From an uncultured Candidatus Saccharibacteria bacterium (lineage in GTDB: Bacteria > Patescibacteriota > Minisyncoccia > UBA6257 > UBA11618), in the NCBI GenBank assembly GCA_964432405.1, contig CAYSNH010000003.1:1-32000 (forward strand): 32,000 nt of DNA. Reading direction: 5' to 3'. Under the pieces are notes generated by a model. That model worked only from the letters and a program-made list of their open reading frames with translations, had not been told where the DNA came from and did not search any database. Each line of letters opens with the position of its first letter. Positions within the stretch are counted from its first letter, which is position 1. The translations under genes and the position numbers were made by a program. Positions 17,894 to 24,651 of this stretch are shown in pieces.

Positions 17894-18436
17894 ATGGCTA
17901 AGAAAAAAGCAGCAAAGAGAACTGTGGTGGTAGTTCCATGTGATGAGGGTGAAGCTAATAAGGCGATTGCCAGGGTTGGAGATTGTCAAAGAAAGATCGC
18001 GCGGGTCAATCAGTGGCTTAACGATCGCATTCAAAAGCTCAAAGATGAGGCGGAAGACAAAATTAGAGTCATCAGTGATGAAATCACTAATGAGGTAGAT
18101 GGTCTCTTCGCCTTTGCTCAAGCTCATCGCGATGATCTGACTGATGGCGGCAAAACCAAAACGGTTAAGTTGCCTAACGGAGAACTAGCTTGGCGAACAA
18201 CGCCGCCAGCAGTGAGTGTTCGTGGTATTCAGGCGGCAGTCGAAAACTTTGAAAGGCTTGGCCTTCATCAATTCGTCCGCACCAAAAAAGAAGTGGATAA
18301 GGAAGCTGTCCTGAGAGAAAGTGAGCTCATCGAAGGAATTAAGGGGGTTTCTATCTCACAAAGGGAAGAGTTTGTTGTTAAGCCTGCTGAGGCTGATGCG
18401 GAAATCATCAAAAAGCTCAAAAAGGCTAAAAAATAA
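17894..18436 (+). CDS. gam: Phage Mu Gam-like host-nuclease inhibitor / dsDNA-end-binding protein, 180 aa, GC-rich
   Basis: Strong resemblance, from recalled sequence, to Mu Gam: AHRDDLTDGGKTKTVKLPNGELAWRTTPPAVSVRG..ERLGLHQFVRTKKEVDKEAVL. Start set at the ATG with SD AGAGGA; the track start at 17855 is TTG. Confidence 0.85.
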   Translation: MAKKKAAKRTVVVVPCDEGEANKAIARVGDCQRKIARVNQWLNDRIQKLKDEAEDKIRVISDEITNEVDGLFAFAQAHRDDLTDGGKTKTVKLPNGELAWRTTPPAVSVRGIQAAVENFERLGLHQFVRTKKEVDKEAVLRESELIEGIKGVSISQREEFVVKPAEADAEIIKKLKKAKK

Positions 18437-18455
18437 GGTTTTTTCGTTCATTTTC

Positions 18456-18484
18456 TTGACAAAAACCGATTTGTGACATATACT
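18456..18484 (+). promoter_or_regulatory. Near-consensus promoter TTGACA-17-TATACT
   Basis: Hexamers at 18456-18461 and 18479-18484 with an exact 17-nt spacer. Confidence 0.65.
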
Positions 18485-18506
18485 TGAAACAAGTCAAATA
18501 AAAAAG

Positions 18507-18530
18507 AATATCCCGAAAGGGATATTTTTT
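18507..18530 (+). terminator. Terminator-like hairpin inside the leader of the 3D-domain gene
   Basis: 8-bp stem AATATCCC/GGGATATT with a GAAA loop, then a T-run. It lies between the promoter and the ATG at 18543. Confidence 0.5.
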
Positions 18531-18542
18531 ATATTTAAATTT

Positions 18543-19034
18543 ATGAAACCCAACAATAACTCAGACTATAATATATCAAGATGGAGTCATTTATTGGCCC
18601 ACGGCTTCTTTTTCATAGCCATTACTTCTAATTTGATGCCCGCCTTGACCACTATCTCTTCTACCTTAGAATGGGCTGGTGTAGGAGGTGATATTGTTGA
18701 GGCTATTAAATTAAAAGCTGAGGAGTCTAAATACGAGAAAGTTGAGGTTATTGCCACTGCTTACTCCTCTACCCCGGATCAAACTGACAGCACTCCATTT
18801 ATTACCGCTGCTAATACTCATGTTCGTGATGGTATTGTGGCAGCTAACTTCTTAAAGATGTATACGCAAATTAAAATTCCTTCATTATACGGTGATAAGA
18901 TATTTACCGTAGAGGATCGAATGAATAGGAGATATAATGAGGTCATCCCTCCTCGAATTGATCTCTGGATGGAAGGACGTAGTCAGGCTATAAAGTTCGG
19001 TATTAAAAAATTAGAGATTCTTGTCTTGAAATAA
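18543..19034 (+). CDS. 3D-domain (MltA/RlpA-like double-psi barrel) cell-wall-binding or hydrolase protein
   Basis: N-terminal hydrophobic anchor. VIATAYSSTPDQTDSTPFITAANTHVRDGIVAAN ... VEDRMN..RIDLWM pattern typical of 3D domains. Confidence 0.7.
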   Translation: MKPNNNSDYNISRWSHLLAHGFFFIAITSNLMPALTTISSTLEWAGVGGDIVEAIKLKAEESKYEKVEVIATAYSSTPDQTDSTPFITAANTHVRDGIVAANFLKMYTQIKIPSLYGDKIFTVEDRMNRRYNEVIPPRIDLWMEGRSQAIKFGIKKLEILVLK

Positions 19035-19057
19035 AAATCCCCCGAAAGGGGATTTTT
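19033..19057. terminator. Bidirectional terminator between the 3D-domain gene and prsW
   Basis: Stem AAAAATCCCC/GGGGATTTTT around a CGAAA loop, with an A-run and a T-run on either side. Confidence 0.65.
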
Positions 19058-19059
19058 AG

Positions 19060-19728
19060 TTATACGAGAGTGATAGGTTCTCGTTTCAGTTTTTCAAAAT
19101 CACCTAGTACAAAAAAGGCTATAAATATTAGAAAGAGAGTCACTTGAAAAGTTGGCCCATATATTAATATCAAGGCATTAAAGATGCTGTGAAGAAGGGT
19201 GGCAACAAACCAACCGGCAGCAATAAAACTGGCCACCGCTTTTTTCAATATGCCCAAGGCCCAGTAATAACCAATCAATCCAGAACTTAGAGTATGGAGG
19301 AAGGTGGCTCCCAAGAATCTTAACGTTACTATTTCAAAGCCATTTGTCGCCCTCCCCACAGAGGCTATATTTTCTACGGTAGCAAAACCAAGAGCCGCTA
19401 TAATCATATAGATCATTGCATCAATCGGCTCATCAAAGTCTTTTCTTCTACTTACCCATAAGAAAACAACTAAGAATTTAAAGAACTCCTCAATACCAGC
19501 TAACCAGAAGATGGAAAAAGGGCTGTAGTCTCTTATTCCCAAGGAGGTAAAGATGTCACTAAAGATGATTTGAAATTGAAGAGTCACAAAAGCAACCGCT
19601 CCACCTAATATGAAAGTAGAGAGGATTAATCTTTTTGGCTCAGGCCTTTTTTTATCTTCCTGTAAAAAAAAGATCATCCAGATGATGGCTGGCAATAAAC
19701 CTAAACTAACAGAGAACCAATTTACCAT
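19060..19728 (-). CDS. prsW: PrsW-family intramembrane metalloprotease
   Basis: 222 aa, polytopic. FLQEDKKRPEP, EEFFKF and HSIFNA motifs. The ATG overlaps the valS stop (ATGGTAA). Confidence 0.75.
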   Translation of the reverse strand: MVNWFSVSLGLLPAIIWMIFFLQEDKKRPEPKRLILSTFILGGAVAFVTLQFQIIFSDIFTSLGIRDYSPFSIFWLAGIEEFFKFLVVFLWVSRRKDFDEPIDAMIYMIIAALGFATVENIASVGRATNGFEIVTLRFLGATFLHTLSSGLIGYYWALGILKKAVASFIAAGWFVATLLHSIFNALILIYGPTFQVTLFLIFIAFFVLGDFEKLKREPITLV

Positions 19729-21863
19729 TTTTTAATCATTAATAGCTTCTTATCTTTAATAGGAAGAGATTGATAGACTTCTTCCGTAACAAAAGGCATG
19801 AATGGATGAGCTAATTTAAGTGACTCAACCAATACATAGAAGAGGACGTTACTAGTTTCCTTACTCGGATTATCCTTTGCCTTTTCTAGACACACGTCAC
19901 AATAATTATGCCAGAAAAATTCATAAAACTTATGCAGTGCCTGACCAAACTGATAATTGCCTAGATCTTTTTCAATTCCCTTTCTAGTTTTTTCTAGTTG
20001 AGCAAGTATTTTTTTATTAAATGATTTGGTAGCACGCGGTTTTTTTAGATTAACGCTAAAGGTTTCCTTTTTATCAATTTGTCCCATAACAAATCTGGTA
20101 GCATTCCAGATTTTATTGGTAAATTTTTTACCAGCCACAACCGCTGACTCATCCCAACGTATATCTTGTGTTCCCATCGACTGCCAGATAATACCAAAAC
20201 GAGTAGCATCAGCACCGTATTGATCAATGAGGTCAAGAGGATCTATTCCAGTACCCAAGCTCTTAGACATCCGTTGGCCATTTTTAGTTAAAATAGTTCC
20301 ATGGATGAGAACAGTCTCAAAAGGAGTTTTATTTTTAAACTCTATACCAGAGAAAACCATTCTCCCTACCCAGAGATTAATAATGTCTCGGGCGGTTGTG
20401 AGGACAGATGAGGGATAAAAATCTTTTTGATCCTTTTTACTCAAACCAGCAAAAGGCCAGAGAGCAGAGGAGAACCAGGTATCCAAAACATCTTCAGATT
20501 GTTGCAACTTGCACTTCTTGCAAACAGAACATTTAGTCGGCTTTTTAATTGAAACAATAAATTCGTCTTCATTATTTTCACAAAACCAAACTGGTAACTG
20601 GTGACCCCACCAAAGTTGACGAGAGACGCACCAGTCACGAATATTATTTAACCAACTAAAGTAACCTTTCTCAAAGTTCTTTGGTAGAATAACAGTCTTC
20701 TTTTTCTTTATCACTTGCGTAGCCACCTTAGCTAAGTCATCCATCTTCATAAACCATTGCTTTGAAGGTAGTGGTTCAATGGTTGAGCTGCAACGATAGC
20801 AAGTGGCTGCACGGTGATGATAAGGCTCTTCCTTTATAAGAAGATCGATAGCCTTCAAATCTTTAACAACTCTATCTCGAGCCTCTTTGGTTTTCATTCC
20901 TTCATACTTACCGGCTCCCTCACTCATCTTGCCGCGCCTATCAATTACCTGAACTATTGGTAGATCATGACGTTGAGAAATCTCAAAGTCTAAGATGTCA
21001 TGAGCAGGAGTGACTTTCAAAGCCCCGGTGCCAAAATCAGGATCAACAGCTAAGTCGCCAACAACCTTAAGTTTAATTTTTATTTTTCTTGGTTCGTCTA
21101 ACTCGCCATCGGTGGCTAAAGTTTCAATCTCCACTTCTTTACCAATATATTTTTTATATCTCTTGTCTTTTGGATTAACTGCTAAAGCAGTATCACCGAA
21201 TTTTGTTTCTGGTCGTGTGGTAGCGACAACAAAAGGGCCGTACTTGATGTGATAGAGAGTACTCCCTTCTTCTCGGTACTCCACTTCTAGGTCGGATAGA
21301 CTAGTGTGACAACGAGGACACCAGTTAATAGTTCTTAGGCCACGATAGATTAATCCTTTCTTATAATAATGAACAAAGGTTTCTAAAACATCTTTGCTGT
21401 ATTGAGGGTCCATGGTGAAGCGATTGCGAGACCAGTCACAAGAAGCCCCTAATTTTTTTAACTGATCTAAAATAATCTCACCGTGCTCTTCTTTCCAGCT
21501 CCAAACTTCCTTTAAAAACTTTTCTCTGCCAAGTTCTAGTTTATTAATACCTTTTCTACTCAATTTTTTTTCTACCACTCTCTGAGTAGCGATACCAGCA
21601 TGGTCTATTCCTGGAAGCCAAGCGGCCAAAGAACCTTTCATTCTTTGCCAACGAATTAAAACATCACTGCTGGTAGCATTAAGAGCGTGTCCCATATGTA
21701 ATGAGCCAGTAACGTTAGGTGGAGGAAGTAAAATAACAAAAGGTTTTTTGGCGCCGGTCTTTTTTAACTTGTCAGGATTAAAATAGCCCGACTTCATCCA
21801 AAACTTGTATATCTTCTCTTCAACCTCTTTAGGGTTATAAGGTTTCTTTTTTGGTTTAGCCAT
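19722..21863 (-). CDS. valS: Valine--tRNA ligase, short form (713 aa)
   Basis: PPPNVTGSLHMGHAL (HIGH) and KMSKSLGT. Ends right after the anticodon-binding domain. Confidence 0.92.
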   Translation of the reverse strand: MAKPKKKPYNPKEVEEKIYKFWMKSGYFNPDKLKKTGAKKPFVILLPPPNVTGSLHMGHALNATSSDVLIRWQRMKGSLAAWLPGIDHAGIATQRVVEKKLSRKGINKLELGREKFLKEVWSWKEEHGEIILDQLKKLGASCDWSRNRFTMDPQYSKDVLETFVHYYKKGLIYRGLRTINWCPRCHTSLSDLEVEYREEGSTLYHIKYGPFVVATTRPETKFGDTALAVNPKDKRYKKYIGKEVEIETLATDGELDEPRKIKIKLKVVGDLAVDPDFGTGALKVTPAHDILDFEISQRHDLPIVQVIDRRGKMSEGAGKYEGMKTKEARDRVVKDLKAIDLLIKEEPYHHRAATCYRCSSTIEPLPSKQWFMKMDDLAKVATQVIKKKKTVILPKNFEKGYFSWLNNIRDWCVSRQLWWGHQLPVWFCENNEDEFIVSIKKPTKCSVCKKCKLQQSEDVLDTWFSSALWPFAGLSKKDQKDFYPSSVLTTARDIINLWVGRMVFSGIEFKNKTPFETVLIHGTILTKNGQRMSKSLGTGIDPLDLIDQYGADATRFGIIWQSMGTQDIRWDESAVVAGKKFTNKIWNATRFVMGQIDKKETFSVNLKKPRATKSFNKKILAQLEKTRKGIEKDLGNYQFGQALHKFYEFFWHNYCDVCLEKAKDNPSKETSNVLFYVLVESLKLAHPFMPFVTEEVYQSLPIKDKKLLMIKKW

Positions 21864-21898
21864 AATATTAACTAAGTATATTTATATGGTAGCAAAAA

Positions 21899-22885
21899 TT
21901 AAAGATTTAAGCTGGAGTCTGCCTTGATGGGGAAGTCTTTTCCCAGATGAGCAGCCACCGCAATCATCACTCCATTATCAGTATTGTATTTTAATTGTGG
22001 AACAGAAAAATCTAACCCTTCCTCCTCGGCCATTTTTGAAAAACGATTTTGTAAGGTTCTGTTAGCCGCTACTCCACCACAAAGAAGAATGGATTTTGCA
22101 CCAAACTCTCCAACGGCCTTTAAAGTTTTTTTAGATAAGACGTCAAAGGCTGCTGCTTGAAAACTAGCAGAGACATCCGCCTTATCATCTTGATGATCTT
22201 TGAGGCGATAGAGGACAGAGGTTTTTAATCCAGAAAAACTAAAATCATAATTTTTATCATTGATCATTGGGCGAGGGAACTTAATTGACTTGGGATCTCC
22301 TTCATGAGCTAGTTTCTCAATCTCTGGACCGCCGGGATAGGGTAGCTCTAACATTCTTGCCACCTTGTCGAAAGCCTCTCCAATAGCATCGTCTCTTGTT
22401 TCGCCTAACTTCTTCCATTGATTGATGCTTTCCATTAATAAAAGAATGGTATGACCACCACTAATTACCAAAACCACAGCAGGAAACTCAATTGCTTTTT
22501 TGTTTTCTAGCCAATTAGAAAAAACATGACCTTCGAGATGATTAATTCCTATTAAAGGAAGCTTCATTTTTTCAGCTAGCTCCTGAGCAAAGTTGATGCC
22601 TGGCCAGAGAGCGGGCTCTAAGCCTGGGCCGACCGTGACAGCTATCTGATCGGGAGCAAAATCATTAACCCGACTTTTTATTTCTTCTAACATAATTGGA
22701 AGGTTTTTCTCATGTTCTCTTTTTGCTAGATGTGGGACAACTCCACCAAAAGGTCGGTGAATTTTTATTTGAGAAGCTATCGCTTCAGCCAAGATTTTAA
22801 ATTCTGAATTTTCTCCTTGGCCTTTAGCATCAACCAAAGCTAAAGCGGTTTCGTCACAACTAGTTTCTATGGCTAGAGTTTTCAT
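21899..22885 (-). CDS. tsaD: tRNA N6-adenosine threonylcarbamoyltransferase
   Basis: 328 aa. ETSCDETA, HLEGH, VSGGHT and GGVAANRTL motifs. Confidence 0.92.
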   Translation of the reverse strand: MKTLAIETSCDETALALVDAKGQGENSEFKILAEAIASQIKIHRPFGGVVPHLAKREHEKNLPIMLEEIKSRVNDFAPDQIAVTVGPGLEPALWPGINFAQELAEKMKLPLIGINHLEGHVFSNWLENKKAIEFPAVVLVISGGHTILLLMESINQWKKLGETRDDAIGEAFDKVARMLELPYPGGPEIEKLAHEGDPKSIKFPRPMINDKNYDFSFSGLKTSVLYRLKDHQDDKADVSASFQAAAFDVLSKKTLKAVGEFGAKSILLCGGVAANRTLQNRFSKMAEEEGLDFSVPQLKYNTDNGVMIAVAAHLGKDFPIKADSSLNL

Positions 22886-22893
22886 TGCCTTAA

Positions 22894-22922
22894 GTTATGC
22901 CACAAGAGAAGCGCGTCGTCAA
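22894..22922 (-). promoter_or_regulatory. tsaD promoter TTGACG-17-CATAAC with TGTGG, the -10 8 nt from the ATG
   Basis: Read on the minus strand. -10 at 22894-22899, TGTGG at 22900-22904, -35 at 22917-22922. Confidence 0.4.
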
Positions 22923-22948
22923 AATAAAAAAGAGCCATTTCTGACTCT
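22921..22948 (-). terminator. Terminator of the dcd-like gene
   Basis: Minus-strand stem AGAGTC/GGCTCT. The G-U pair forms only in the minus-strand RNA. A U-run follows. Confidence 0.5.
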
Positions 22949-22958
22949 TTGGTTAAAG

Positions 22959-23642
22959 TTAATCGATTTCTCGATCTTCCCACATGCGAGGCAACATGTC
23001 TTCTGGTTTCCAATTCGAACGAACTTGTTCGAGAGTGGATCCAGCTTGATATTTGCTATCGTCCTTGCTTTCGTAGCTGTCATCCCTTTTGACCTCGGTA
23101 ACTTTTGAAAAGGTGATTTGAGCTATTCGTCTTCCTACCACCAAAGGAATACGATGAAAGCGCGAGTTGTTAGTGACCTCCATTGTCCAACGATTGATGT
23201 ATCCAACATCACCCCATCCAGCACAGCGACAAACAGTCAGGAAATTTCGCCCCATCGATGAGCGAGCTTTCATTTCTGTGTTCACATTTTTCAGACCGCC
23301 GACGAATTCCTGGGTATGAGCCAGAATCGATTCACCTGGATCAAGCCAGATGACTAAATCAGTTGGCGAAATGTTTTTCAGTTCAATGGAACTGTCGGCT
23401 AAGGGTTTAGCTGTCCGACTTTCCTCCCCCCAAACCCTTCCAACGCTTTCTGGATCATACATGTTGTGTATAGGATGAAGTCCTTCACGTCGTTGAGAGA
23501 TTAGAGGCGAGATTTCTCGGAAATAATAACTGCCGAGAGATACATCGTAACTGGAGTTCCCAAGATTTTCTTTGGCAAAAGGGTCAATGACAATTGTTCC
23601 TTCTTTCAAAGCGCTCAGAATCTCATTTGTTGAAAGTAACAT
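22959..23642 (-). CDS. dcd: dCTP deaminase family (dUTPase fold), 227 aa, GC-rich
   Basis: Aligns by eye to E. coli Dcd: N-terminal ILSALKEGTIVIDP, YDVSLG, KARSSMGRNFL, AGWGDVGY, and the catalytic Glu context WTMEVTN. Start set at the ATG with AAGGAG 6 nt upstream. The track start at 23681 lies in the -10 box. Confidence 0.85.
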   Translation of the reverse strand: MLLSTNEILSALKEGTIVIDPFAKENLGNSSYDVSLGSYYFREISPLISQRREGLHPIHNMYDPESVGRVWGEESRTAKPLADSSIELKNISPTDLVIWLDPGESILAHTQEFVGGLKNVNTEMKARSSMGRNFLTVCRCAGWGDVGYINRWTMEVTNNSRFHRIPLVVGRRIAQITFSKVTEVKRDDSYESKDDSKYQAGSTLEQVRSNWKPEDMLPRMWEDREID

Positions 23643-23679
23643 GTTAAACTCCTTTTTTAAGGTACTCAAAAACAGCTTC

Positions 23680-23708
23680 ATTCTATCTTTTTAGAAAGCA
23701 TTTTTCAA
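23680..23708 (-). promoter_or_regulatory. dcd promoter TTGAAA-17-TAGAAT
   Basis: Minus-strand hexamers at 23703-23708 and 23680-23685. Confidence 0.55.
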
Positions 23709-23735
23709 TATTTTGACTTGCTGTGGATAAACTCG

Positions 23736-23764
23736 TTGACACTACATAATATATGTTCTCTAAT
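23736..23764 (+). promoter_or_regulatory. Divergent promoter TTGACA-17-TCTAAT
   Basis: Hexamers at 23736-23741 and 23759-23764, back-to-back with the dcd promoter (the two -35 boxes are 27 nt apart). Confidence 0.55.
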
Positions 23765-23808
23765 TAAATCAGCACCTTGATACACTACTTTATTTTTAAG
23801 GAGAAGAT

Positions 23809-23886
23809 TTGTTTGTAGTTGTTATCAAGTTTCACTGTCCCAAATTAAGGTCGAACACCTCTAAATTCCGGAAGAGGGTTAACTGA
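23809..23886 (+). CDS. Possible 25-aa basic micropeptide (MFVVVIKFHCPKLRSNTSKFRKRVN)
   Basis: TTG start 5 nt after a perfect AAGGAG. 25 codons plus TGA. Too short to be statistically convincing. Confidence 0.2.
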   Translation: MFVVVIKFHCPKLRSNTSKFRKRVN

Positions 23887-24031
23887 TAGTGTTGATTTCT
23901 GATCACCAGACAAAAGGTCGTTGCGTTTTGGTAACCAAAAGACGAGTAGATTAATTTCAATGAGACTCGTCACTCAACCAAAGACCCAGCATAATCCCTT
24001 CAAAAATAAATCTTACACCTCCTTACAAACT

Positions 24032-24064
24032 AGCCCCGCGCTATACTCCAGCGGGGCTTTTTTT
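24032..24064 (+). terminator. Rho-independent terminator of the orphan transcript
   Basis: 8-bp GC-rich stem AGCCCCGC/GCGGGGCT followed by TTTTTTT. The T-run exists only in the plus orientation. Confidence 0.75.
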
Positions 24065-24073
24065 ATGAAACAA

Positions 24074-24097
24074 AAATAGCGACGTTAGTCGCTATTT
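24074..24097 (-). terminator. Terminator hairpin downstream of tRNA-Glu
   Basis: 10-bp stem AAATAGCGAC/GTCGCTATTT with a GTTA loop, and a U-run on the minus strand. Confidence 0.55.
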
Positions 24098-24104
24098 ATA
24101 TTTG

Positions 24105-24176
24105 CAGCCCCAAGGGGAATCGAACCCCTGTTTCCAGGATGAAAACCTGGTGTCCTAACCACTAGACGATGGGGCC
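24105..24176 (-). tRNA. tRNA-Glu (anticodon UUC), no CCA
   Basis: GGCCCCATCGTCTAGTGGTTAGGAC, anticodon arm CCAGG-TTTTCAT-CCTGG, T-loop GGTTCGATTCC. Confidence 0.9.
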
Positions 24177-24246
24177 AAATGGCTTTTCATATAATAACCA
24201 CTTATCATAATAGTTGTAAAGGTCGTAAAGAATATTTTTTCAAATT

Positions 24247-24648
24247 ATGGAATTCTTATACGGATATCAAGATGTGGCTATATTAATTTTACGCCTATCC
24301 CTTGGATTAATTTTTTTGGTTCATGGTTTGCCTAAGCTCAAGAGTTTGCAAAAAACTGGTGAGAGTTTTTCGGCTATGGGTTTTTATCCCGGAGCGTTTT
24401 GGGGAACGGTGGTAGCGATAGGTGAGTCGCTCGGTGGTCTCTCGGTTGCTCTTGGTTGGTACTCTCAATGGGGAGCGTTGGTGATAGCGGCTATCATGTT
24501 TGTAGCTTTGAGTTGGAAGATGGTTAGAGGTCAAGGGATGGCTGGTGGTTTTGAATTAGATTTAATTCTTCTAGCAGTCGCTCTCTTTTTGATGACCTCT
24601 CCACTCGGTGGTTTCTACTCACTAGATTATTATCTACTACCTAAATAA
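24247..24648 (+). CDS. DoxX-family membrane protein, 133 aa, GC-rich
   Basis: Four hydrophobic helices. N-terminal LILRLSLGLIFLVHGLPKL is typical of DoxX. 35/60 GC in 24421-24480. Confidence 0.75.
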   Translation: MEFLYGYQDVAILILRLSLGLIFLVHGLPKLKSLQKTGESFSAMGFYPGAFWGTVVAIGESLGGLSVALGWYSQWGALVIAAIMFVALSWKMVRGQGMAGGFELDLILLAVALFLMTSPLGGFYSLDYYLLPK

Positions 24649-24651
24649 TCT

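Larger units (their letters stand above)
23771..24064 (+). ncRNA. Candidate orphan transcript of about 295 nt (structured sRNA and/or micropeptide mRNA), family unknown
   Basis: Bounded by the promoter above and a strong intrinsic terminator. No ORF of 60 aa or more in the track on either strand. Several local hairpins. The SD TAAGGAG (23797-23803) is exactly complementary to CTCCTTA (24019-24025). Confidence 0.45.

Noticed and set aside
17788-19060. Complete integrated prophage or genomic island at tRNA-Leu
   Set aside because: I saw no integrase, no other phage structural or replication genes, and no direct repeat of the tRNA-Leu 3' end downstream. Only gam is compositionally foreign; the 3D-domain gene has backbone-like composition.
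23771-24064. Identification of the orphan RNA as tmRNA, RNase P RNA, SRP RNA or a riboswitch
   Set aside because: It has no tRNA-like 3' end or GGTTCGA T-loop, no GGAAAGTCCGG-type RNase P core, and no SRP domain IV GGAAGCAGC motif (only a superficial TCCGGAAGAGG). No gene lies downstream on the same strand, so it is not a cis-regulatory leader. 6S RNA cannot be excluded by eye.
23941-24070. 39-codon ORF starting at the ATG at 23960, and the strong minus-strand TAAGGAGGTG at 24016-24025 as a real RBS
   Set aside because: The plus-strand ORF has no SD and reads through the terminator hairpin. The minus-strand SD-like site has no start codon at a functional distance: GTG-TAA immediately after it, ATT followed by 2 codons and a stop, and the nearest ATG 23 nt away giving 11 codons.
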